A stretch of 64,000 nt of DNA from Gemmatimonas sp. GTDB lineage: Bacteria > Gemmatimonadota > Gemmatimonadetes > Gemmatimonadales > Gemmatimonadaceae. Below are positions 1 to 8,762 of this stretch, piece by piece. The translations under genes were made by a program, and so were the position numbers. The notes under the pieces were generated by a model. The model ran no database searches, was not told where the DNA came from, and was given only the letters and a program-made list of their open reading frames with translations. Each line of letters opens with the position of its first letter. The stretch's first letter is position 1. The stretch lies in contig OZ257156.1 of assembly GCA_965279375.1 (NCBI GenBank), positions 1,888,001-1,952,000 of the forward strand, in the 5' to 3' direction.

Positions 1-105
1 GTTGCCTGCGGGTGCCGTGCGATCCGGATTCGTGCGAGCGGTGTCTGGCCGACCGACGCCGCCGAGTCCCGTGAGCAGCGGATTCGAAATGCCGTTGATG
101 GCCAT
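1..105 (-). CDS. fliE: Probable flagellar hook-basal body protein FliE, N-terminal part (runs off window)
   Basis: ATG at 105-103, 2 nt after the flgC stop; open to the window edge (MAINGISNPLLTGLGG...). Identity rests only on the canonical flgB-flgC-fliE order. Confidence 0.55.
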   Translation of the reverse strand, partial: MAINGISNPLLTGLGGVGRPDTARTNPDRTAPAGN

Positions 106-107
106 GA

Positions 108-719
108 TCAGATATCCAATGAGGCGCGAAGCATCGCCTTGGCGGTCTGGAAGACCGAGGCGTTGGCTTCGTAGATGCGCTTGGCATCCATGAGGTTCAC
201 GAGTTCCTGCGTCTTGTCGACGTTGGGCTTGCGCACGTAGCCGTTCGCGTTGGCGTCCGGATGGCCGGGCTCGTACACGAGCTGGCCTTCACCCTGATCT
301 TCCATGATGCCAGCGATGCGCACGCCGTACTCGCCATTGAGGCCCGGTCCGACGCCGCTGCTCTGCATCACCGGGACTTCCACCCACTGCGCGCTGTCCG
401 AGCTCGACGAGCCAGCGCTCCCTCGGCCGGTCACCGGCGAGCTTCCACCGCCGGTGGTCAGCGGATTCGGGCCCGGATAGAGCGTGTTCGCCGCGGTCGC
501 CGATTCCATGACGACATCGCGACGCTTGTACGGGTTGCCGTCGGGACCACGCGTGACGTCGGCGTTGGCGAGGTTCTGCGCAATCGTCTCCATGCGCTGC
601 CGCTGCGCCGACAAGCCGCTGGCGGCGATGCCGAGCGAGCGGAACATCGGGCGGACGACGGGCTCGGACTGATACGGTATGAGCGAGGCGCGACGAGTCG
701 GATCGATTCCGTTTGGCAT
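108..719 (-). CDS. flgC: Flagellar basal-body rod protein FlgC
   Basis: IAASGLSAQRQRMETIAQNLANAD, YEPGHPDAN..GYV..PNV and R.YEAN motifs; start overlaps the flgB stop (an alternative start is at MFRSL). Confidence 0.95.
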   Translation of the reverse strand: MPNGIDPTRRASLIPYQSEPVVRPMFRSLGIAASGLSAQRQRMETIAQNLANADVTRGPDGNPYKRRDVVMESATAANTLYPGPNPLTTGGGSSPVTGRGSAGSSSSDSAQWVEVPVMQSSGVGPGLNGEYGVRIAGIMEDQGEGQLVYEPGHPDANANGYVRKPNVDKTQELVNLMDAKRIYEANASVFQTAKAMLRASLDI

Positions 720-1021
720 CAGCCCTGACCCTTGATGGCGCCGCGAAGGCTGGCGTAGGTCTTCTCCAGCAGCTTGGCGGTGGCCATGAAGCGCAACTGC
801 TCATCCGAGAGGGCGACCATCTCGTCCTCGATGTTGACCGGATTCGCGTTGGCGACGGGCTGGGCCTGGCCGGTCTTGGCCTCCAGTGCAAAGCCGTCGC
901 CGTTCTGCAGCGACGCCTTCGACACACGGTCGGCGATTCCGCGCTGGCGCTCGATGCTGCGATCGAGCCCCGCGTTGAGGGATCCAGCTGATGTTGTGCG
1001 TTCGATGAGTCCGAAGAGCAT
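719..1021 (-). CDS. flgB: Flagellar basal-body rod protein FlgB (short, divergent)
   Basis: 100 aa directly upstream of flgC; C-terminal NPVNIEDEMVAL..EQLRF resembles the FlgB N.V..D.EM motif; the N-terminal NIAN motif is degenerate. Confidence 0.75.
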   Translation of the reverse strand: MLFGLIERTTSAGSLNAGLDRSIERQRGIADRVSKASLQNGDGFALEAKTGQAQPVANANPVNIEDEMVALSDEQLRFMATAKLLEKTYASLRGAIKGQG

Positions 1022-1066
1022 CGGCGAATTCCGGGTGAGTGGACGAGCGTTTCCACCACCGGAAAA

Positions 1067-1083
1067 AGCAATGCGCGGGCCAG
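1067..1083 (-). promoter_or_regulatory. sigma54 -24/-12 promoter of flgB-flgC-fliE
   Basis: Minus strand CTGGCCCGCGCATTGCT = GG-N10-GC with TTGC, ~45 bp upstream of flgB. Confidence 0.8.
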
Positions 1084-1238
1084 ACGCGCAGAACGCCGAC
1101 TTCCCGTGTCGGGCTGGTCGGCGTTCTATGGACTCAAGTCGTTCAATCGCAACGCATTAGGCGGAATAAATTCGCCCGGTTTCGACGCGGTTTTCGGCGT
1201 GGACGCGGCACTCGGCGGAGGGCGTTCGGCGTCCCAAG

Positions 1239-1277
1239 CGGAACTTTCTGCCGACCCTGAAGGGGCGCGACTTGCCG
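1239..1277. promoter_or_regulatory. Tandem putative enhancer (UAS) palindromes for the flgB promoter
   Basis: CGGAACTTTCTGCCG (1239-1253) and GGGCGCGACTTGCCG (1263-1277) match the CGGCA-N5-TGCCG motif found at the other sigma54 promoters. An IHF-like box AAGTCGTTCAATCGCAACGCATTA (~1136-1159) lies between them and the promoter. Confidence 0.6.
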
Positions 1278-1298
1278 CCTCCACCGCCAGATGCGCGG

Positions 1299-2768
1299 CT
1301 ACTCTTCCTCCGCCTCCGCCTCGCGACCCGGCCCGTTGAGCTTGTTCCGCAGCGTTCGCACGCTGATCCCCAACAGCTCTGCCGCCTTGGTTCGATTGTT
1401 ATCGGCAGCTGTCAGCGCATGCTGAATGAGCACGCGCTCGGCGTCTGCGACGTTCAGTGAATTCAGGCTGATCCCGTCGCCAGACCCGCCGGCAACTGCG
1501 GCCCCAACACCGCGTGGCGTCGGCGCCTTGATCGACGCAAAGCTCCCCGACGACCCCACCGACCGCGGACGCATGGACGGGGTGCCGAGCGAGTGCGCCA
1601 GCCCGAACCGCGTCCCCTCGAGACAGTGCGGCTGGATCATCGGGTCGGGCGTGAGGATCACCGCCCGCTCGATCACATGCTGCAGCTCACGGATATTGCC
1701 CGGCCACGGATACTGCTGCAGCGCATCGATGGCGTCGGGCGAGATCCCCTCGATCTTCTTGCCGATCTCGGCGGCGGTCCGCATCGCGAACCGAAGCGCC
1801 AGCACCGGGATATCCTCGGCGCGCTCGCGCAGCGGCGGGATCAGGACCGGAATCGTGGAGAGTCTATAGTAGAGGTCCTGACGGAAGGTCCCCTGGTCGG
1901 CTTCGGCGGCCAGATCGCGGTTGGTGGTAGCGACGATGCGCACGTCCACCTTGATCGGACTGGTGCCGCCCACCCGCTCGAACTCCTGCTCCTGTAGCAC
2001 GCGCAGCAGCTTGGCCTGCAGGTCGAGCCGCATCTCGGAGATTTCGTCCAGCAGCAGGGTGCCGCGGTTGGCTCGCTCGAACGCCCCCTCCACCCGCTTG
2101 ATCGCGCCGGTGAAAGCCCCCTTCTCGTGCCCAAAGAGCGCGCTCTCCACCAGCCCTTCCGGAAGCGCCGCGCAGTTGAGCTTGATGAACGGCTTGTCGC
2201 GGCGCTCCGACTGGTCGTGGATGGCACGGGCGAACAGCTCCTTACCCGTTCCCGACTCGCCCTGCAGCAGGACCGTCGCTCGAGTGGGCGCGGCCATCGC
2301 CACCGTCTGCAGAATGCGTCGAATCGCGGCCGAATCGCCGATGATCTGCCGCTCGTTGCGGAACTGCATGACCTCCTTGCGGAGGGACTCGTTCTCGCGG
2401 CGCAGGCGGACGAACTCGAGCGCCTGTTCGACGGCCAGCTCGAGCTGCTGGGGACGGACGGGCTTGGTGATGTAGTCGATGGCGCCCGCCTTGATGGACG
2501 CGACCGCGTGCTCGATGCTCGCATACCCCGTGAGCATGATGAGCGGGATGTCGTATCCCTCACGGGTCAGCAGCTGGATGAACTCGAGCCCGGTCAGCCC
2601 CGGCATGCGATAGTCGGAGATGATCAGGTCGATGCCACCGCGTTCCAGAATCTGCAAAGCCTCCGGTACGCTGCGCGCTCCCACGGGGACGTGCCCGGCA
2701 CCTTCGAGCGTGTCTTCCAGGATGAGGCCGACGCTGGGTTCGTCGTCTACGTACAGGATGGTGGCCAT
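1299..2768 (-). CDS. sigma54-dependent response regulator (REC-AAA+-HTH, NtrC/FlrC-type); likely flagellar regulator
   Basis: REC (YVDD...DYRMP), Walker A GESGTGKE, GAFTGA, LLLDEI, WPGNIREL, C-terminal NRTKAAELLGISVRTLRNKL; start set at MATIL (2768). Confidence 0.93.
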   Translation of the reverse strand: MATILYVDDEPSVGLILEDTLEGAGHVPVGARSVPEALQILERGGIDLIISDYRMPGLTGLEFIQLLTREGYDIPLIMLTGYASIEHAVASIKAGAIDYITKPVRPQQLELAVEQALEFVRLRRENESLRKEVMQFRNERQIIGDSAAIRRILQTVAMAAPTRATVLLQGESGTGKELFARAIHDQSERRDKPFIKLNCAALPEGLVESALFGHEKGAFTGAIKRVEGAFERANRGTLLLDEISEMRLDLQAKLLRVLQEQEFERVGGTSPIKVDVRIVATTNRDLAAEADQGTFRQDLYYRLSTIPVLIPPLRERAEDIPVLALRFAMRTAAEIGKKIEGISPDAIDALQQYPWPGNIRELQHVIERAVILTPDPMIQPHCLEGTRFGLAHSLGTPSMRPRSVGSSGSFASIKAPTPRGVGAAVAGGSGDGISLNSLNVADAERVLIQHALTAADNNRTKAAELLGISVRTLRNKLNGPGREAEAEEE

Positions 2769-2800
2769 CGGGTTGGTTGGAGGTGCCGAGTGACAGGCGC

Positions 2801-2817
2801 TGCAAGTGTGCGTCCAT
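2801..2817 (-). promoter_or_regulatory. Putative sigma54 promoter of the regulator gene
   Basis: Minus strand ATGGACGCACACTTGCA = GG-N10-GC; the palindrome CGGCAAAAATAGCCG (2843-2857) lies just upstream. Confidence 0.55.
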
Positions 2818-2858
2818 GAAGTATGGGGCAAAACATCCCACCCGGCAAAAATAGCCGC

Positions 2859-2886
2859 TAAAGCCGGACTGTGCCGCACCCGATAC
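2859..2886 (+). promoter_or_regulatory. sigma28 (FliA)-like promoter of flgL-fliW
   Basis: TAAA-N16-CCCGATAC, ~70 bp upstream of flgL. Confidence 0.65.
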
Positions 2887-2956
2887 TCCCCTCAGGGGTG
2901 CCAGCCACGTGTCGGTGGTGCGCGCCGTGTGACAGTGGACCGTAACCAGAGCCGCG

Positions 2957-3868
2957 ATGCGCATTTCAAATCAGATGATCCTGCGGTCGAGCCAAGTGCG
3001 GCTGCAGATGAGCCTGCAGGGCATCGACAAACTCCGCGAAGACGTCTCGTCAGGCATCCGCGTGCGCAAGATGTCGGACGATCCGACGTCGTCGAGCGAA
3101 GTGGTGCGCGTCGGCAGTTCGTTGCGCGCGATTACGCGCTTCCGGCAGAACAGCCAACAGGCCACGACGCGCGCGACCGCTGAAGAGACCGTGCTGGACA
3201 ACCTGACGAATGTGCTCGCTCGCGGCGCAGAGCTCGCGGTGGCGCAGGCGTCGAGTACGGCCAACCCGCAGTCGCGCACGATCGTGAAGGCAGAAATCGA
3301 TCAGCTCATCAGCTACGCGGTCGATCTCGGCAATACGCGCATCGGCGACGACTACATCTTCGGTGGCACGCGCGCCGGCGAACGTCCATTCGCGGTACCC
3401 AGCACGCCGACCGGTCCGTTCTCGCGTCTCGTCGACGCGTCGAACAATCCGGTGGACCCGAGCGGGTCGACCCCGATTGAAGTCGGCGATGGCAAGTTCG
3501 TCACGCCCAATCACAACGGCACCGACGTCTTTCTGACGACGGACGCGCTCGATTCGCTGCGCGCGCTCTCGACCGCGCTGGGCAGCAACAACGTGCCGGG
3601 CATTACCGCGGCGCTCGATCGCATCAACACCGCGACCAGCAACGTGCAAACGCTGATTGGCACGCAAGGTGCAAGATCGAACGAGCTCGACGCCGCGCGC
3701 ACGAATCTCGATTCGCTGGAAATCACGTTGACCACGTTTCGCGCCGACCTTCGCGACACCGAAGTGGACAAGGCGTTGGCGGAACTGGTGGGCAAGCAAA
3801 CGCTGTATCAAGCAGCGATGGGCGCAACCACTCGGATCCTCGGTCTCAGCTTGGCGAACTACCTGTAA
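2957..3868 (+). CDS. flgL: Flagellar hook-associated protein FlgL
   Basis: MRIS..M, VSSG.RV...SDDP, GNT..G..YIFGG and C-terminal YQAAM..T.RI..LSL.NYL, all typical of FlgL. Confidence 0.92.
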   Translation: MRISNQMILRSSQVRLQMSLQGIDKLREDVSSGIRVRKMSDDPTSSSEVVRVGSSLRAITRFRQNSQQATTRATAEETVLDNLTNVLARGAELAVAQASSTANPQSRTIVKAEIDQLISYAVDLGNTRIGDDYIFGGTRAGERPFAVPSTPTGPFSRLVDASNNPVDPSGSTPIEVGDGKFVTPNHNGTDVFLTTDALDSLRALSTALGSNNVPGITAALDRINTATSNVQTLIGTQGARSNELDAARTNLDSLEITLTTFRADLRDTEVDKALAELVGKQTLYQAAMGATTRILGLSLANYL

Positions 3869-3915
3869 GGCATTCATCACATCGCACGCTCGATCGACCT
3901 CGCCTCCTCCATTTA

Positions 3916-4443
3916 ATGCCCGCACGCACTGCGCTTCCGATGCCAGAACACACCGACGACTCGGTGACCAACACCGAGCGACTGCAGCTCTCTTCCGGCG
4001 CGCTCGGCGACATCGAAGTCGCGGCCACGTGGGTGATGCGCTTTCCGCTGCCGCTCGGTGGATTTCCGACGCACAGCGAGTTCGTGCTCATCCCCGCTGC
4101 ACGTGAAGGGCTCTGGTGGTTGCAAGCTCTCACCGATCCCGACCTGACGTTTCTTCTCGCCGATCCGTTCGTGGTCGACGCAGGCTACGGTTTCGATCTG
4201 GGCGACGTGGAGCGCGACATGCTCGGGATCGAGAACACGGCGGACGCGTTTGGTCTGGTCATGATCACGCTGCCCACCGCGGCCGGTGATGCGGCCACCG
4301 CGAATTTCCGTGCGCCGATCGTGTTCAACCTCACCAAGCAGCTGGGGCTCCAAGTGGTGAGCCGCGACGACGGACACCTCGTGCGTCGTCCGACCGATCT
4401 TTCGGCGTACAAGCCGCAGGCGATCGGCCTGCGGATGCAGTAG
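3916..4443 (+). CDS. fliW: Flagellar assembly factor FliW
   Basis: F...L.GF, LWWLQA..DPDL.F...DPF....Y, TANFRAPIVFN...G.QVV; follows flgL (alternative start 3940). Confidence 0.9.
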   Translation: MPARTALPMPEHTDDSVTNTERLQLSSGALGDIEVAATWVMRFPLPLGGFPTHSEFVLIPAAREGLWWLQALTDPDLTFLLADPFVVDAGYGFDLGDVERDMLGIENTADAFGLVMITLPTAAGDAATANFRAPIVFNLTKQLGLQVVSRDDGHLVRRPTDLSAYKPQAIGLRMQ

Positions 4444-4463
4444 CGCAGCGCGCCGCTGTCGCG

Positions 4464-5972
4464 ATGAGCGCTCGCACCAAGGCTGCGCAGGCGGACGAAC
4501 AGTTTCGCGCTGCGCTCGCCATCGCGCAGGCGGGTGATGCGCCGCGCGCCATGAAGCTGCTCGATCGCACACTCATGCTTGACGCACGCCATCGTGGTGT
4601 GCGTAACGCGCTTGGTGTGTTGCGTCTCGAATCGGGAGACGTTGCCGGCGCGATCTCGCTGCTCAAGCCACTCGCGCGTGATGTTCCCGATGCGGCCGGT
4701 GTGCAGCTCAATCTTGGCAATGCGCTCGTGGCCGCGGGTCGCGCCAATGAGGCTATTGCGCCGCTCAAGCGCGCTACTGCCCTCGATCCCAACTCGGCGC
4801 TCGCCTGGTACGGCTATGCGCGCGCACTGCAGACCGCAGGACGTGCGGCAGACGCAGTGCACGCCTATCGTGTCGTGCTGCAGCACGCGCCGGCTCATGT
4901 GGAATCGCGCGCGAGCATTGCCGCCGCGCACAATTTTCTTGACGAATACGTCGAGGCTGAACGCGAAGCGCGCGAAGCGATACGCCTGATGCCATCGCAC
5001 GCGGGGGCACACCTGAATCTCAGCGTCGCGCTGCTGGCGCAGCATCGCTGGGCTGAGGGATGGGCCGAGTACGAGTGGCGCGAGCGGACGGCGCTGTTGG
5101 ATGGACAGCGTCGCAGCTGGGCGCGACCTCGCTGGGATGGTGGCGCGGTCGCGGGACGCACCGTGCTGGTGCACGCCGAGCAGGGATACGGCGATACGCT
5201 GCAGTTCGTGCGGTATCTGCCGGCGCTCCGTGCGCTGGGTACGCGCGTGGTGCTCCAGTGTCCGGCGCCGCTCGTCGCGCTGCTCGAGCATGCCGTGCTG
5301 GCTGACGAAGTGATTGCCTTTGGCGACGAGCTACCCCCGCATGATGTGCAGCTCCCGCTCACTGGGTTGCCACTTCGTTTGTGCTGTGACTCCGACGCCG
5401 CGGTCTACCGACAAGATGGCCCGTATCTGTCGACCGTCCCGTCGCGCGCCACGTCGCTACCCGAGCGCACGTCGGCAACGGAGCTGCGCGTGGGACTCGT
5501 GTGGGCGGGCAGCGGCACGCATGTGAACGACATGCATCGGTCGTGCGGGCTCGATGCGTTGCGACCGCTGTGGGATATCGCCGGCGTGTCGTGGTTCAGC
5601 TTGCAGGCGGGGCCGCGCGCGTCCGATCTCAAGGCGCTGCCGAAAGGCATCGTGGTGCACGATCTCGCGCCGCAGCTGCACGACTTTGCGGATACCGCCG
5701 CCGCCATCGCCGCGCTCGACATGGTGATCTCGGTCGATAGCGCGGTCGCGCATCTGGCTGGCGCGCTGGGGCGCCCGTGCTTGATGCTGGCGCCGCGCGT
5801 GGGGCTCGACTGGCGCTGGGCGAACGCGCCGGCTGGCGGCGAGGCGGATGGCAGCGGGTGGTATCGCTCGCTCGTGGTGGTACGTCAGGCGGCGCCGTCC
5901 GACTGGAGCGGCGCGGTGGCCGAGCTCGGGGCGCGCCTCGCCCGGCTCGCGACGACTTCCGCACGAGTGTAG
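4464..5972 (+). CDS. TPR-repeat glycosyltransferase (C-terminal GT9-like domain)
   Basis: N-terminal TPR helices; W.EGW.EYEWR, EQGYGDTLQFVRY, VGLVWAG, DFADTAA, VDSAVAHLAGALG, DWRW. Confidence 0.88.
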   Translation: MSARTKAAQADEQFRAALAIAQAGDAPRAMKLLDRTLMLDARHRGVRNALGVLRLESGDVAGAISLLKPLARDVPDAAGVQLNLGNALVAAGRANEAIAPLKRATALDPNSALAWYGYARALQTAGRAADAVHAYRVVLQHAPAHVESRASIAAAHNFLDEYVEAEREAREAIRLMPSHAGAHLNLSVALLAQHRWAEGWAEYEWRERTALLDGQRRSWARPRWDGGAVAGRTVLVHAEQGYGDTLQFVRYLPALRALGTRVVLQCPAPLVALLEHAVLADEVIAFGDELPPHDVQLPLTGLPLRLCCDSDAAVYRQDGPYLSTVPSRATSLPERTSATELRVGLVWAGSGTHVNDMHRSCGLDALRPLWDIAGVSWFSLQAGPRASDLKALPKGIVVHDLAPQLHDFADTAAAIAALDMVISVDSAVAHLAGALGRPCLMLAPRVGLDWRWANAPAGGEADGSGWYRSLVVVRQAAPSDWSGAVAELGARLARLATTSARV

Positions 5973-5975
5973 GGG

Positions 5976-6011
5976 CGGCAGCTTCTGCCGGTTCCGGCGC
6001 GCTCTGTGCCG
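5976..6011. promoter_or_regulatory. Tandem putative enhancer palindromes
   Basis: Perfect CGGCAGCTTCTGCCG (5976-5990) and degenerate GCGCGCTCTGTGCCG (5997-6011), 21 bp apart; IHF-like box at ~6046-6070. Confidence 0.65.
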
Positions 6012-6074
6012 GGTGTGTATTGGTGCTGGCCGCGTTCAGAATGCGTAATACGTTGCTGTTGAACGCGTTACGTG

Positions 6075-6091
6075 GTGGCACTGATCGTGCT
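6075..6091 (+). promoter_or_regulatory. sigma54 -24/-12 promoter of the asnB-like/SDR/GT operon
   Basis: GTGGCACTGATCGTGCT = TGGCAC, GG-N10-GC; 55 bp upstream of ATG 6147. Confidence 0.8.
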
Positions 6092-6146
6092 ATCCCATGC
6101 AGGGTCCCCGGTCTTCGTGACGCTGACTTCTGCAGGATCTCCGCTG

Positions 6147-7880
6147 ATGTGCGGTATCGCTGGTCTCCTTGATTACTCGCGTGGTGGGCTCGGTGCACTC
6201 ATCGATGAGTTCACCGACGCGTTGGCGCATCGGGGACCTGATGGGCGCGGCGTGTACGTGGAGGGACCCGTGGCGCTGGGGCACCGGCGTCTTTCCATTC
6301 TGGATCCGTCCGACGCGGGCCGCTGCCCGATGGCCGTGGAGTGTCCTGATGGGACCACGCTCTACATCACGCTGAACGGCGAGATCTACAACTTCCTCGA
6401 GCTGCGCGAGACGCTGCGCCGGGATGGCTACTGCTTCCGCAGCGAGACCGACACGGAAGTCGTGGCCGCGGCCTTTCATCGCTGGGGCGAAGACTGTCAG
6501 CGCCGCTTCAACGGCATGTGGGCGTTCGCGATCTGGGCGCCGGCCACGCAGTCGCTGTTCCTCTCGCGAGATCGCTTCGGCGTCAAGCCGCTCTACGTGT
6601 CGGTGCAAGGCACACGTGTCGCGTTTGCGTCTGAGATCAAGGCGTTTCTTGCACTGCCAGACTTCAAGCCGCGACTCAGCGAAGAGGCCGCGCAGCTGTT
6701 CTTCGCCAATCCCACCTCGTACGACGGCGTCACGCTCAGTACGGCGCTGGAAGGTGTGCATCGCGTGCCGCCCGGACACTCGCTCACCGTCACGAGCGCG
6801 GGGAGCAAAGGCTTTCGCCGCTGGTGGGAAACGCGCGATCATCTGCCGTCGATTCCGTCGCGCTACGACGAGCAGGTGGAGCAGTTCCGCGCGCTCTTTC
6901 TGGATGCCGTGCGGCTGCGCATGCGCAGCGATGTGCGTATCGGCACCTCACTGTCGGGTGGGCTCGATTCGAGCGCCGTCGCCTCTGCGGTGGCCCACGT
7001 GGCGCGTAATGATGCGCACGCCGACCTCGCACGTTGCGCGACCGATTGGCAGCGCACCTTCATCGCGACATTCCCCGGGCATGCGGTGGACGAACGCGAG
7101 TACGCGGACATCGTTGTCGCGCACACGCACGCATCGCCGACGTACTGGAGCTTCAATCCCGACACGACGCTCGCCGACATTCCCGCGAGCGTGTGGGCGA
7201 TGGATGACCTGAGCGGCGCACCGGCGGTGCCCGTGTTCAACATCTATCGCACGATGCGTGAGCATGGCGTCGTTGTCACGCTCGACGGGCATGGCGGCGA
7301 CGAACTCCTCGCCGGCTATGGCTGGTACCGCGACTTACCGCCCAACGCGCTGAACGATGCGTTGTACGCGGACTTTCATCGCACGCATCTTCCCGCGATC
7401 CTGCGCAACTTCGATGGTTGCTCGATGGCCAATGGCGTGGAAATCCGGTCGCCGTTCCTCGACTGGCAATTGGTGACCTACGCATTCGCGCTGCCGGCTT
7501 CCACCAAGTACGACGGCAGCTTCAGCAAGCGCATCCTGCGCGACGCGCTCGCCGGCATCATGCCCGACGCGATTCGCACGCGTACGTCGAAACTCGGCTT
7601 CGAGTCCCCGCTCATCGCGTGGGCCAACGGATCGTTAGGACCCGCGCTGCTCGCGGCGTCACGCACCGAGGCATGGCAGCGTGCGCCCAAGACGGCACGT
7701 GCCGCCGAACTCGCGGCGATCGTGCAAGCGCGAACGCCGTCTCGTTCGTGGAGCAGCGCCGACAGCGTGGCGATTTCGCTCGCATGGCGCGTGTTCGTCT
7801 TCGTGCTCTGGCAGGAGCTCTACCTGGGAACCGGCACGAGCAGCGTGGCAACGCACCCAGTACTCGCTGCGGCATCGTAA
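6147..7880 (+). CDS. Asparagine synthase (glutamine-hydrolysing) family amidotransferase, probably sugar amidation
   Basis: MCGIAG Ntn N-terminus, HRGPD, NGEIYNF, RDRFGVKPLY, SLSGGLDSS, G.GGDELLAGY, E.RSPFLD. Confidence 0.9.
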   Translation: MCGIAGLLDYSRGGLGALIDEFTDALAHRGPDGRGVYVEGPVALGHRRLSILDPSDAGRCPMAVECPDGTTLYITLNGEIYNFLELRETLRRDGYCFRSETDTEVVAAAFHRWGEDCQRRFNGMWAFAIWAPATQSLFLSRDRFGVKPLYVSVQGTRVAFASEIKAFLALPDFKPRLSEEAAQLFFANPTSYDGVTLSTALEGVHRVPPGHSLTVTSAGSKGFRRWWETRDHLPSIPSRYDEQVEQFRALFLDAVRLRMRSDVRIGTSLSGGLDSSAVASAVAHVARNDAHADLARCATDWQRTFIATFPGHAVDEREYADIVVAHTHASPTYWSFNPDTTLADIPASVWAMDDLSGAPAVPVFNIYRTMREHGVVVTLDGHGGDELLAGYGWYRDLPPNALNDALYADFHRTHLPAILRNFDGCSMANGVEIRSPFLDWQLVTYAFALPASTKYDGSFSKRILRDALAGIMPDAIRTRTSKLGFESPLIAWANGSLGPALLAASRTEAWQRAPKTARAAELAAIVQARTPSRSWSSADSVAISLAWRVFVFVLWQELYLGTGTSSVATHPVLAAAS

Positions 7881-8762
7881 ATGACGGCAACCGTGCGACG
7901 TCCAGTTGTGGTGGTAACCGGTGCAGGCGGCCTCGTGGGCCGACACCTCGTGCCGATGCTCGCCGAGCACTGGGATGTCGTCGCAGTCGCGCGTGCAGAG
8001 GGCGACGCGCGATCCCACGTGCAGAACGTGGTACGTGATCTCGCGACTGACGGCTTTGCCGATGGCTTGCCCGCGAAGGTGGATGCGGTCGTGCATCTCG
8101 CGCAGTCGCGTCGTTTTCGCGAGTTCCCGGAAGGTGCGGCCGACGTACTGGCCGTGAATGTCGCGTCCACCGAGCGGCTGCTCGCGTACGCGGCGGCGGC
8201 GGGAGCGTCGCACTTTGTGTACGCGAGCTCGGGTGGCGTGTATGCGCCCTCCAGCGCTGCATACCATGAGGACGGTGCGGTCGCGTCGCCTGCGCAGGCA
8301 GGATGGTATCAGGCGTCCAAGCTGGCCGCTGAGGCGTTGGTGCATGGGTATCGCACGCGGCTGGTTCCCGTCGTGCTGCGTCCGTTCTTCATCTATGGCG
8401 CCGGACAGCGGCGCCACATGCTCATTCCGCGTCTGGCCGACACGCTCAAGCGCGGCGATGCCGTGCAACTGGCCGGACTCGATGGCATGCACATCTCGCC
8501 GACGCATGCGTCCGATGCGGCGCGCTGCATTGTGCGATCGCTGCAGTTGCGCGAACCCGCCACGATCAACGTGCGCGGCCCCGAGGTGCTTTCGCTGCGC
8601 ACGATCGGCGAGATGCTGGCTTCAGCAATGGACGTACCCGCACGCTTCGTCACCAACGACAACACCGGCCCTGACTACGTGGCCGACGATGCGCGTATGC
8701 GGGCACTGCTCGGCGATGCCGAGTGTCGCTTCGCTGAGCATCTCCATACCATCCTTCCGTGA
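7881..8762 (+). CDS. NAD-dependent epimerase/dehydratase (extended SDR)
   Basis: VTGAGGLVG, VVHLA, SSGGVY, YQASK (YxxxK). Confidence 0.88.
   Translation: MTATVRRPVVVVTGAGGLVGRHLVPMLAEHWDVVAVARAEGDARSHVQNVVRDLATDGFADGLPAKVDAVVHLAQSRRFREFPEGAADVLAVNVASTERLLAYAAAAGASHFVYASSGGVYAPSSAAYHEDGAVASPAQAGWYQASKLAAEALVHGYRTRLVPVVLRPFFIYGAGQRRHMLIPRLADTLKRGDAVQLAGLDGMHISPTHASDAARCIVRSLQLREPATINVRGPEVLSLRTIGEMLASAMDVPARFVTNDNTGPDYVADDARMRALLGDAECRFAEHLHTILP

Noticed and set aside
6147..7880. Call as housekeeping asnB (also 19018-20922)
   Set aside because: Two divergent copies coupled to nucleotide-sugar enzymes fit glycan amidotransferases better.
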